Source: Camelus ferus (lineage: Eukaryota). From it: a DNA stretch of 64,000 bases. The stretch is from the NCBI RefSeq assembly GCF_009834535.1, contig NC_045697.1, forward strand, positions 62,560,001 to 62,624,000, given 5' to 3'. The translations under genes and the position numbers were made by a program. A model generated the notes under the pieces. That model did no database searches. It saw nothing but the letters and a program-made list of their open reading frames with translations, and was not told the DNA's origin. Shown piece by piece: positions 12,407 through 24,964 of the stretch (position 1 is the stretch's first letter; the number at the start of each line of letters is the position of its first letter).

Positions 12407-14559
12407 GACTGGCTTCATGTTTATCAAATTACTTCTAAGATCCTAAGCTTTATTCTTTGATTCTAATTCTTATTTTGAACTACATTAATTTAAAAGGCAA
12501 GAGTCCAATTTAGCATATTACAAAATTAGAAAGACATATGTGAAATGATATTGTGGTTTTATATGGAAAGGTTTTCCATTTTACACATTAATATAAAAGT
12601 GGTCTGTAAGAGCACAAGGTTGGCAGACCATGATGGGACAAGCTGAGGTGACTGTCATCTCAGAAGTGGCCGGTAGACCTTGAGGTCAGACTGATTCAAC
12701 TGAGCGGATCTGTAATTGTGCTTAGAGAAAGGGCATCTCTTTCTTGACAACTGACTTTGCAATAGTTTTTCTCCAAGTTTGGATTATTTTCTTTCAAACG
12801 TGTTTTTTTAAAAAGTAAATGTGATGTACAAAATGATAAGCTGCAAAGCCAAGGATAAGTCTATTTCTGAAAATTAAGCATAGGTTTTGAATAAAAATAC
12901 TTTAAGACAGAGTGAAAGAGCTAGCCCCCAAGTTTATATTGGTTTATTCAACTCTCAGCACAGTTTTAATAGTTGAGACAAGACAAGGATTCTGTGTTTT
13001 TTGTATTAAGCTCAAGGCTTTTTTTGTTTGGTAAATACTGATCAACATAAAGTGCACTAAAACTGAGAGAACTTGTAGAAAACTTAGAGGATGGATAATT
13101 TTTACACTAAAAATAGAGAATACTGGGTAGGAAGAGGGGATGTGGGCAGACTTGAAGCAACAGAGAAGTGAGTGGGCTGTATTTGTGGTGGTTAGGTTTG
13201 TACCAGCTGATTAAGAGACTATTTAAAAATTAAACTATTTTTAATATAATTCACCATCTTCCTGGATGTAATCACTTCCCTCAGCTTTTTGAAATTTTCT
13301 CAAGAAACTAATCATATTTCAAGTCAATTTCTGTCAGTTTGGTTCTTTTTGATCACAGAGAGACTACAGAGTGCCCAAATGTGGGGGAGGAGGGCTACAT
13401 GCACAAATTTGTCTTTACTTATTCATTTATTTATTGTATATTCCTGTAGTTTAATGATCAATTTAGCTATTTTCACAGTACAAAATGGGTTTTTACCACC
13501 TTGGTAGAGAATGTCAATTGTCCTTTAAGCTAAGAGTGGTCAGGTGACACAGTCCTGACCAGTGATACGTGATGCAAGTCAGTGGTCGGGGCTTTCAGGA
13601 AGCTTTTTAAAGGGATTGGATTTGGCTGGTTTGTTCAAATGGAATTATAATCAAAGAAATAATTTCACTATCAGAAATTAATTGCTGAAGGCCAGAAGGC
13701 CCTTCTTAAGAAAACAAAAATCAGCATTTAAAATGAAAATCTAACAACAAGCTGGAAAGAAACAGAAAAGAGCTTGGGGGAAACATGCCAAGTGGCAGCA
13801 CTTACTAAGGCAGAGGGTAATCCATCAGACTTAAGGAAGTACATGGCAAAAACTTTTTCTTCTCAGAAATTCTTTCAGATGAAGATTGAATCTGTTTTTC
13901 TAATCTTATTCCAGTATTAGTTTTTGTGTGCTTTATACTGGCTCTCCCACTGAGGTTGGAATTTGCACAGCCCATTTCTTCTCAGAGTGTATCAGGGGAG
14001 TATCTCCTACCCTTCCCAAAGTTGTAGCCATGGCAACAACTATATTCCAGTCTGAATTTCTGTTGAATAAACCTCTCTCCCTTATCAGCATTGCCAAAAT
14101 AGCCGAGTCCTAGTGCTAGCATTTGACTTACGAATTCTTTCATCAGTTTGTGTGGTCACTTGTGTCTGGTTGATTTTAGCCTCCTTATTCACAAAAGAGG
14201 TGATTGTATTAAGCAAAAGTTGGAAATAGCAATACATTTGTGCGACAATGATAAGATTGGAATTTCCCTACTGGTGGCCTGAGCATCTTTGACAGAGCCA
14301 GTTCTGCTCTGAAAGTAACTTTGCACCAAGGGGACTGACTCCTTGTACTGCTACTCAGGGCCTCGGTGCCAGCCACCTGCATCTAGAGTTGTTTGTGAGG
14401 AGACACTGGGAGGAACAAACAAGTCATTTCTTTTATCTAATCTGTTGATACTAAGAGAACTACTGCTTCTTCCTGTTAGAACCCAACCTGTAATTTAGGA
14501 TGAAATCAGGAGCTTTTTTTTTTTTTCCATTTGCCAGCAAAGAAAGACCCCGACCTAAC

Positions 14560-14890
14560 TTGTCATGTAACAATCGATCCCAAAACATAAAGACAAAGCA
14601 GCAACTCTTGATTTAGCTCCTGTATCCTCAAATTAGCAATTTGGGCTATGCTCAGCTGGGTGGTTTTTCTGGGCTAATCATGGGTAAATGGTCTGCTGCT
14701 GAGTTGGTTGTGGGCTGGTTGAACCAGGGTTGCTTCAGCTGAAATATCTCCTCTCTTCAGTGGGCATCCCCTCATTTCTCTTATCTCCAGAAGCCTCCAC
14801 CTTTGGATGGGAGGAGCTGAAAATCACACTGAAACGGGCACGGATACAGAAAGGAGTGAGGATTCTGGGTCACTTTTACAAACTACCACA
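14560..14890 (-). mobile_element. Old MaLR LTR (MLT1H-like)
   Basis: gcaatttgggctatgctcagctgggtggttttt...tggatgggaggagctg...ctaccaca. Confidence 0.7.
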
Positions 14891-15684
14891 CTTGCTTGTT
14901 GGCCAAGAAGACTGCAGGTCAACAATGAAAAAACGGATCTTGGTTGAAAGCAACAACTTCGCTAACATGACTTTCAGGTAAGAGATTATTCGTGTGACTC
15001 AGGGCGGGTGTGAGGCAGAGAAGTGCCTATACGTTGATTTTGGCTTTGGCAACAGATTTTACTTCTAAATTACGTGTTGTTTTGTTGTTACTGTTTTATT
15101 GAGGGAAACTAAGAAATACTTTTAAAATGTGGCAGTGTGCAACTCTATGCTTCAGTCAGCATTTAATAAGAATATCCTTGAAATGAGAGAAAAACACAAG
15201 AGAGCAACACGTAGACAGCCGAGATTGTTTTACTCAATTTGTTTCTTGTTGAAAATCTGTCAAGTCTGTGATTCTTTGACATGACACTTGTTTCTGGTAT
15301 ATAATGAAATTGTTGCTTTAGTCTACTGTGTTCTTCTCTATTATTATTTTGTTCAAACAGGATACTTGCTGAGTTGAACCATGAAATGAATTGTATTGAA
15401 CGACATCAACAACAAAAATGTGCTGGGTGTCATTTGAGTGTTCATTTCTGTTCAGTTCTTTTTACAGTTATTATTTTGATAATGTCATGTTTTTCATTAG
15501 ATATCATAGAGGAAGACAATGAAGCTGAGTTAAATTGGCATGGTTTAATAAAGGAGTCATCAGCGAGAGTAAAAGCAGTGGGCACTGCATAGATCTCCTA
15601 GTCTCACTCTTTTACAATGCAGTATTTGTTAACTGTTCTCCACATACTAATGATGTGATGCCCAAGGATTAGTCTTTAGCCTGA

Positions 15685-17090
15685 AAACATTTGAACATGA
15701 CTGAAGCAGGTAAAGGAGTAAGCTAAGCAAATATCAGTGGAAGAAAATCCCAGCAGCTGGAAAGATTGAGTTAGGCAGGTTCTTTGCATTCTCTGAGAAA
15801 AACAAGCTGATCACTGTGGCTGGAGAAAATTGAGTTGGGGAAAAAAAGGAGGTGGGATCAGAGAGGCAAGGGTTGGGGAATTGGGAGACGGGTCACGTAG
15901 GTGTTACAGGCTGCTGTAATGAATTTGACTTTTACTCTGAGATATGGGAAGCCAATGATAGGATTTTGAGCAGAATGTTGGAATGATTTGCTTTTCTTTA
16001 TAAAAGGATCACTTGCTTGCTTTGTCAGAACAGAACATGTGTGTTACAGAGTGGCAGTGGATAGACAGCTATATAATGGAAGCTGGGGAACACACTCGGA
16101 AGTGTTCTCTTTTCTCGTAAATCCATTCCCTGTCTTTCCTCTGATCAGATCTATATATTAGAGATGTATACTCCTTGTAAATGTATTTATTAGGCTCCTT
16201 TGCCAAAAGGTTTCAGGCTGAATTTGATCAAGGATAAACACTGTCATGAAGTTAAAGTCAGGAAGAAGGGAGAACCAAGCTCCCTCTCTCTTCGCTTTGG
16301 GTTGTACCTCTAGTGGCTGCTGCACATGTCCCATGGCTAGTCCTGGCTGGACAGACCTACTCTGGTTGCCACTTCAGTTGGATGGTCTTGGCTCTTGGGT
16401 TCCAGGAACACTGACTCTAGGGTTAGAGTAGCAGCTGCCTGTAGTAATTGATATCCAGATTAGTTTAACTCTTCTAATTGTTCTTCCAGATATTCTAACA
16501 CTTTGGTAAATAGCTTCTATTAATTCCGCAAAGTAGGTTCTGTTATTCCACTGGACTTTGACTAACAGGGTGGGACATTACATTAGTCTAGGCTAAAGAT
16601 GATGGTGGCTCCGAAAAGGGTGGTAGCAATGGAAGTGATAAGGAGTCATCAGATCCAAGATACATTTTGTTGGTTGAGTCAGCAAGATTTCTAATAGAGA
16701 CTATGAGTGTTACGAGACAAATACAGAGTCAAAATGACTTGTGCTTTTTCCTGAGAAATTAAAAATAGTATTTCCACTAAGATGAGGAAGATATAGGTAA
16801 AGTAACAGTACTGTGGAGGAAATCAGGAATTCAGTTTTGGACATGCTGTGTTTGAGAGCTCTATTACAAACCCCATTGGAGATGTCAAATTTTCAGTTGT
16901 GCATATATATATATATATGCATCTGGTGTTCAGAAGAGGGGTCCAAACTGGAGATATAAATTTGGAAATCAACAGCTTTTATAGTTATCCATGCAAAGAT
17001 ACAAGACTAGAGGAGATCATCCAGAAAATGAACATATATAAAAAAAGAGAAAGCTAGGAAAAGTGAATCAGAGCCCCATGTACCACACCT
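15685..17090 (-). mobile_element. L2 LINE fragment interrupted by an ERVL-type LTR (~16100-16567)
   Basis: L2 motifs tgacttttactctgag...gggaagccaatgataggattttgagcag and caggaattcagttttggacatgctg...tggagatataaatttggaa. The insert ends ...ctggactttgactaaca (LTR16/LTR33-like). Confidence 0.75.
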
Positions 17091-17114
17091 TTTATCATTT
17101 AAATTTTTATAAAT

Positions 17115-17817
17115 GAGTGCTCTCCAATACAGCCTCCTACAATGATGGAAATGCTCTATATCTGCAGTATCTGGTACAGTATCTGTATTTGTTTTTGATT
17201 TCCACCATAACAAATGATCTCACAGTAGGTGGCTTAAACAATACACATTTAATACCTTGAAGTTCTATAGGTCAGAAGTCCAACATGGTCTGCCTGGACT
17301 AAAATCAAGGTGCTGGCAGAGTCACTTTCCTTTCTGGAGGCTCTAATGGAGAATCTACCTGTTCTGACTTCTAGAGACCAGCTGTATCCCTTGGCTCAGT
17401 CCCTTCCTGCAACTTCAAAGCCAGTAAGGCCTGTTGATTACTTCTCACATCTTATTACTCTGATCTTTTCTTCCACCTCCTGCTTCTACTTTTAAAGATC
17501 TTTGTGATTACATTAGGCCCACCTGGATAATCCAGGCTAATATCCCTACCTCAATGTCTTGAACCTCAAGTCACATTGGCAGAATCCCTTTTGTAAGGTA
17601 ACATTCATAGGTTCTGGGGATTGGGGTGTAGACTGAACTTTGGGGGGCGGTTATTCATCCTACCAGTGTGGCCGCTGTCACTATATTGTAGCTGGGTGCT
17701 TGAAATATGACTAGTGCAGCTGAAAACAAGATATTTTTAACTTTAATTTTAGTTCACTTAAATTAGAGTTTAAATACCCACATGTGGATAGTGGCTGCCT
17801 TATCGGATAGCACAGAT
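17115..17817 (+). mobile_element. MER3-like hAT-Charlie MITE split by an MLT1D-like LTR (17184-17665, minus strand)
   Basis: MITE left part gctctccaatacagcctcctacaatgatggaaatgctctatatctgc. Right part cacatgtggatagtggctgccttatcggatagcacag. LTR ggtggcttaaacaatacac...ggtcagaagtcc...aaaatcaaggtgctggcag. Confidence 0.8.
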
Positions 17818-18203
17818 CTAGAGGAATAGGAGAGGGAATAGAATAGTGTAGTAACACAGATCAGCATGAAGAGCTACATATGATTCATAGTAATGAATTT
17901 TAAGTAAGGCTTTAGCATTATTGTGAGTATTTCTACATCCATTGTTCAGCTCATGACAGCCATACACTTGGCTTGAGGAAACATTATCAGAAAAGTAACT
18001 ACATCCCAGGGAAGAGAAAAATTTTGGATTCAAGAAACAGTGATGAGCCAAGGGGCCAGAAAAATGTTCAGTTAACTCTAAGTAATTATTGAGGCTGCCA
18101 CTCCAAAATTTAATACAATTCTTAAAGCAGGATTCACAAAACTTAAGATCCATAATGTAATAAACAATTATAATATTTATCAAAATTCAAATGATGAATT
18201 CTT

Positions 18204-19071
18204 TTTTTTCTTTTTTATTGAAGTATAGTTGGTTTACAAGGTGTGTTAGTTTCTGGTATACAGCATAGTGATTCACTTACATATTTTATATATATATATA
18301 TTCCTTTTCATATTCTTTTTCATTATAGGCTATTATAAAGTATTGACTGTAGTTCCCTGTGCTATACAGTAGGACCTTGTTATTTATTTTATATATAGTA
18401 GTTAGTATCTGAAAATCCCAAACTCCCAGTTTATCCCTCCCTCCCCTCCCTTTCCCTTCTGGTAACCGTGTTTGTTTTCTATGTCTGTGAGTCTGTTTCT
18501 ATTTTGTAAATAAGTTCAATTTGTGTCATTTTTCAGATTCCACATATAAGTGATATCATATGGTATTTTTCTTTCTCTCTCTGTCTTACTTCACTTAGTA
18601 TGACAATCTCTAGGTCTGCGCATGTTGCTGCAAATGACATTATTTTATTCTTGTTTTATGGCTGAGTGGTATTCCATTGTATAAATATACCACAACGTCT
18701 TTATCCAGTCATCTGTCAGTGGACATTTAGCTTACTTCCATGTCTTGGCTATTGTAAATAGTGCTGCTATGAACATTGGGATGCATGTATCTTTTTGAAT
18801 TGGAGTTTTCTCTGGATATATGCCCAGGAGTGGGATTGCTGGATCATATGGTAAATTCATTTTTAGTTTTTTAAGGAACCTCCATACTGTTTTCCATAGT
18901 GGCTGCACCAAATTACATTCCCATCAACAGTGTAGGAGGGTTCCCTTTTCTCCACAGCTTCTCCAGCATTTAGTTTGTGGACTTTTGAATGATGGCCATT
19001 CTGACTGTTGTGAGGTGGTACTTTGTTGTAGTTTTGATTTGCATTTCTCTGATAATTAGAAATACTGAGCA
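18204..19071 (-). mobile_element. 5'-truncated L1 (3' end) with 17-bp TSD
   Basis: L1 3'UTR/ORF2 tail. TSD tcaaatgatKaattctt at 18187-18203 and 19072-19088 (1 mismatch). Confidence 0.95.
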
Positions 19072-21359
19072 TCAAATGATTAATTCTTGACATTGATAGA
19101 AAAAATGCATTGAAATATTCTGTTCCAAATTTAAGGGCAACTAATCAAATAATAGAAATAAAATATAGAATATACAATTCATTAGGGAGAAAGAAGTAAC
19201 AAAGTTAGATTAAATGCAAAAAAGGCATTTTAAAATGACATTTAAAAACATGAACAACAGAAAACTTAACACAAGGTGGCAGCAAAAAGTTTAAACATAT
19301 TGATTAGATAAATTCCCCATCAAAGACAAAGAGTATAATTAGCTTGTTTTTAAGAGCCATATTTAAATGACACACAAAGGTAGAAATTAAGCAGAGAAAT
19401 CAGAAGGCAGAAAATGGACAGAAAGAAATTTTAGCAGATGTGGGAACCATTAGAGTCTTCCCAGGAGAGTTTTGAATTCACAATGCCTGTGGGGCTCAAA
19501 ATGGCCCCAATATAAATTTGATTTGGCATAGTCCCTAATTAGTAGTTCCCCAAGATGGTAGAAACAAATACAAATCCTTTTTTTTTGAGGTGGAGTGCAG
19601 TGTGCCTGGCTGCTACCTGCCCATGAATTTTCTAAAATAAAGCCTAAAAATTCACATGCCTTCCTATGCACCCAGAGATTGCTTGTTTTCCTTCCAAAAA
19701 AAAAAAAAAAAAAAAAAAAAGACACTTAGAGAAACAGATATACATAAAGACAATAGAACCCTGTGCCAGTGTCAGTATTAATCAAATTATTTTTCCCTTT
19801 ATAATGAAGAAAAAAAATAACCACCAGACACTTGCAAAAAAATCAATAGCACAAAAAAGAAACACAACCAGATTATAACTTTTAGTAAAAATTCTCTAAC
19901 AGGCTGAATAATTTTGAGGAAGTGTTGTTAAAAATACATTTTTTAAAACAACAACACAAAGGTAATAAAAACTACTAGGAAAAAACCAAAAAGCCACACA
20001 AAGAATGGTTCTAATATTAAGCGAAGTGTGAAATGTGGCCTGATTTTGACTTGTCAAAGGAGTATAAGAATAAAGAATAAGAATAAAAAAATCCATTTGA
20101 GCTTGATATTTTTAGAGTCATGGGGGTCATGGCATTAGACCTATTGAGAAGGAAAGTTAAATTCTAGTATACTACTTGGCTCAGGAGTGAACAAAGATAT
20201 AATAATGAAATTACAGTTTGTTGAATTTGAATATTTTGCTTAAATTTTTGATGAAGCACATATAACTTAAATGTAATATTATTGTCCTTTAACATTATAA
20301 TAATGGAGGTATCTACATGGAAGTTTGAGATGAGAAGAAAATTAAATGATAGGATTAGTAATATCTTCCCATTACACAGAGGGTAGTTTAGATCCTTGTC
20401 TAAAGTTATTGTTATAAGAAAGATTGGCTTAGGAATTTTTTTTAATTACTAAGGTAACCACAGAGGAGTTAAAAATATCCAGTGTGAAAGGACAAAGTCA
20501 AGAAGAGACAGTGGGTAATGTGAGCAAATACTAATCTTTCAAAGGGAGGAAACAATAGATAATACCTAAAGTTGTTAATCCATAAAACAGAGATATAATT
20601 ATTTTATTCAGCGTTAAAGAGATAACCACCAGAATAGCACAAAGTAGAGGTAGAAAAAGTAGTTACCTCTGGGAAATGTAATTATAGATGTTATAATGTT
20701 TAATACTGTCAAAATCTGCTTTTAAGAAAGAGGAGATAAAAAGAGAGCAACTTTTTATTTGAAATTTGTATCCTTGGAGAATGTCATGAAATTACTGTAT
20801 CCAGAAAAGAATAATAGCTACTATTTGAAAAGAGCTTTTTGAAAGTTAAAAGTGTCTTAGCTTTCTAAAATGTTTTTTTTTTTTTCAGTTTTGATTTTCT
20901 CTTTCAGTGTTATTTAGAAGAGTATTTCAAATTAGGTAGGTTTATTTAATTACTTTTTCTGTCTTTTCCTCATTAAACTAGAGTTTTATTGTGCTCAGAA
21001 AATGTAATGCATTGAAATTCCACTTTTGAGAATTTTTAGAGATTTTCTTATTAGCTGAAGAGTTTTTTTATAACTATTCATGACATTTAAAAAATGTAAA
21101 TTATTTTTTGTAAGGGTAAAGATTTCTGAAACTTAGCTCTGTTACAATACTGTATAATACTGTAATAATATATTATTGTAGGCTATGTGTAATTACTTAT
21201 GGGAGTGGTATGTTGAAGTTTTGACCCTTGTAGTTTTGTATATTCTTCCCTCTACATTTATATGTTTCAAAGGCATATTGTTTGCAACACAAAGACCCAT
21301 AACTATTTCCTGTTTAATCAAAATAAAATATCTATTCAGCTATTAATAATTTTTTCCCT

Positions 21360-22745
21360 ATTTGAAGACAGTTTTGAATAGTTTTAAGTTTACAGCAAAA
21401 CTAAAAATAAAATACAACATTCCCATATACTCCCTGCCCCCACACATGCATAGCTTCCTCATTATCAACATCCCCCATCAAAGAAGTACATTTATTGTCA
21501 TTGATGAACCTATGTTGACACATCATAATCGTCCTGAGACCATGGTTTACATCAGGGTTCACTCTTGGTGTTGTACATTCTATGGGTTTGAACAAATGTA
21601 GAATGACACGTGTATATCCTTGTAGTATCATATGGAGTATTTTCATTTCCCTAAAAATCCTTTATGCTCCACCTATTCATCCCTCTTTCTCCACAACCTC
21701 TGGCAACTGCTGATATTTTTTACTCATTCCACAGTTTAGCCTTTTCTACAATGTCATGTAGTTAGAATCCAAAATCCCTTTTTGGATTGGCTTCTTTCAC
21801 TTAGTAATATTCATTTAAGATGTCTTTTCATGGCTTGATAGATCATTTCTTTTAGGTGCCTAATAGTATTCCAATGTCTGGATGTACCACAGTTTATTTA
21901 CCCATTTACCTACTGAAGGCTGTTTTGATTGTTTCCAAGTTTTGGCAATTAGGAATGAAGTTGCTATAAATATTTCATGTGCAGGTTTTTGTGTGGACAT
22001 AAGTTTTCAACTCCTTTGAGTAAACACCAAGGAGCCTGATTACTGGATCATATGGTAAGAGTATGTTTAATTTTGTAAGAAATGGCCAAACTGTCTTCCA
22101 AAGTGGCTGTATTCTTTTTCATTTCCACCAGTAATGAATGAGAATTCCTGTTGATCCACATCTTTGTCAGCATTTAATTTTGTCAGTGTTCTAGATATTG
22201 GCCATTCCGATAGGTGTGTAGTGGTATCTTGTCTTAATTTGCATTTCCTTGATGATATATGATGTGGAGTACCTTTTCAGATGCTTATTTGTCATCTGTA
22301 TATCTTCTTTAGTGAGGTGTCTGTTAAAGTCTTTGCCCATTTTTTAATGTTTGTTCCTTATTGTTGAGTTTGAAGAGGTTTTTTTGGTGTGTATTTTGGT
22401 TTACAGTCCTTTATCAGATATGTATCAGATATCTTTTGCAAATATTTTCTCCCAGCCCATGGCTTGTCTTCTCATTCCCTTGACATTACCTTTCACAGAG
22501 CAAGAATTTTCAATTTTAATCAAGTCCAGCTTATCAGTAATTTCTTTCATGGATCACACATTTGGTGTTATATCTAAATGCCATTACTATACCCAAGGTC
22601 ATCTAGGTTTCTCCTATATTACCTTCTAGGAATTTTATAGTTTTGTGTTTTACCTTTGGGTCCATGATCCATTTCAAGTTAGTTTTTATAAAACATGTAA
22701 GGTCTGTGTCTTTTTTTGTTATTTTGCATGTAGATGTCTAGTTGT
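21360..22745 (-). mobile_element. L1MC1/2-like 3' portion
   Basis: Diagnostic 3'UTR (gtttacatcagggttcactcttggtgttgtacattctatggg; ccctgcccccacacatgcatagc) followed by ORF2 tail. Confidence 0.88.
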
Positions 22746-22879
22746 TGCCATTAATGTTATCACCTTGAATTTTATTTTGTTAACTATAAGTGATGGCAAT
22801 TATACATCCTTTCATTATTCTATATGGCTAGTTATATTTTCCTAATCCTCTGTAGTTGTTTTAAAATGAGAGGAAGAGG

Positions 22880-24560
22880 GAGAAGCATTTACAGAATGGT
22901 GGAGCAAAACCCTCCAAACCAATTCTTCATAAAAGAAGGAGGAACACTAGCAAAATTGTCAAAACCAACTTCTTTAGAACTCTGAAAACTAACCAAAAGC
23001 TTTCAACAATCAAAAAATACTGTATTTCAGAAAAATCACTGAATCTTGGTATAAGCTGTGAACTTCATGGTGTTTCAGATGCCTCATTCCCTTTCCCCTG
23101 TAACCAGCTCCATGGTAGCCTTGAAAAGCAACAGACTCAAACTGCAACCAAGGTCGCTGTAAAAACCATCAGCATAGAAGTCAATGGAGGGGCAAAAATA
23201 GGCTTGAAAGTCCTCAAAATCGCATTGCATTTTACCGTTACCATTTGATTTTTATGGAAGCTACCTGAAAAGCTCCATCATCAGGTCTTATCTTTACTTG
23301 ACCTGATTTAAAATTTTCTGAGAATAGCCATATCCCCAAAATATGTGTCTAAAACAATTACTGACAATTGTTTAAAATTACAGCTTCCTGAAGGGGAAAT
23401 ACCACTTAGGACTAATTTAAAAAAATTTTTTTAAAGGAAAAACTAGGGAATGAGAGGACTTTAAAGGGCTTTGTAAAGCTCTCTATATTCCTGCAGGATT
23501 GTGAGCATGCCTAGAGAACACCTGAGAAGGCCTGACTTCTACACAGTGATGCTATTCTGTGTCAAACGCCTCTATATTTTTAAAAATGTCAATTGATATT
23601 AAAAACAAAGATTATTGGAAAGTGTTAAAAAAAAAATGGCTGACCTTGAGTCTCTACAATGAAAAACTAAAGGTTAAGAGAGAGTTGTCAGTTATCTGCC
23701 GGAGTGTTGAAGATGTGCCCAAACATAAACACAGCTGCCCTCGCAAAGGCTATAAAACATATTGGTCAAAGACATTTGAGGAAATCTTGGTCTAATTATT
23801 AGCTGATGACTAAGCTAACCAAAACAGAGAATTAAGTGGCTGCACATAGCAGAGAACACAGATTAACTGAGTTCGTTCAGGAAAGTCACAAACAAAAGGA
23901 AAGTCATAAACAAAGAGGAAAAACTAAACAGAAATAGCAGCAAATTCTGAGAGTGGAGGGAGTCTGATTTCTCTGATTCCCAGAGTTGGGAATAACACAA
24001 TATGTTATTTTAAATGTTTTATTGTTCAATAAAATTATGAGACAAAGAAAGAAATAGGATAGAAATATGCCTCATGCACAGGGAGGAAAACAGTCAACAG
24101 AAACTGCCCTTGAGAAAGGCCAAACATAGGACTTAATAGTCAAAGATTTTAAATCAGCTATTATAAATATCTTCAAGAACTAAAGGATATTATACCTAGA
24201 GAATTAATGGAAAGTATGAGAATGAGATCTCAAACCAGAATATCAATAAAGAGCTAAAAATAACAACATAATTAAGTAGAAATCTGTTACTTAAAAACTA
24301 AAATAACATATGAAGAATTTACTAGAGGGACTTAACAAAAGAATTGTAATGGCAGAAAAAAGAATAAGTAAAATTTAATATAGATCTTTTGTGATTATCC
24401 AATTTAAGTAACAGAAATTGAAAAAAAAAAAATGAATAGAGACCAAGGGACATGTGGGACACCATCAAGTGTACCACATACACAAAATGGGACCGAACAG
24501 GAGAGGAATAAGAGAAAGAGTTAGAAAGTAAGTTAGGAGAAGTATTAATAAACATCAAAT
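22880..24560 (+). mobile_element. Old L1 (L1MD/L1MC-like) 5'UTR and ORF1 start
   Basis: gcaaaattgtcaaaaccaacttctttagaactctgaaaactaaccaaa, and ORF1-like caaagattttaaatcagctattataaatat...ggacatgtgggacaccatcaag. Confidence 0.7.
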
Positions 24561-24759
24561 AGAAACAAACATGCATGAGTAATATTACCTATAAATTAAT
24601 AAAATAAAAACATAAAATATAATAGAAAAATAACAAAGTATACAAACAATTTAGCAGATAGTTTAAAGTGACAAATAAACCACTTTAAAAGTGTGAAAAA
24701 GGAACAACCTTGTGAGTAACAGGAAAATACAAATTAAACCAGATCCTAGTCTGTGTATA

Positions 24760-24964
24760 ACCATGCTGTTCAATATGGTAGGCACTAGCCACACGTAGCT
24801 ATTTAAATTTAAAATAACTTGAATAAAATTTAAGATTTGATTCCTTGATTGTGGTAACCAAATTTCAAGTGCTAAATAGCTGTATGTAGCTAGTGGCTAC
24901 CATCTTAGATAGCACAGATATAGGACACTTACATAACTGCAGGAAATTCTGTTGGGCAGAGTTG
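24760..24964 (-). mobile_element. MER3-like hAT-Charlie MITE
   Basis: gctgttcaatatggtaggcactagccacacgtagcta...tagtggctaccatcttagatagcacagatata. Inverted relative to the copy at 17115-17817. Confidence 0.8.
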
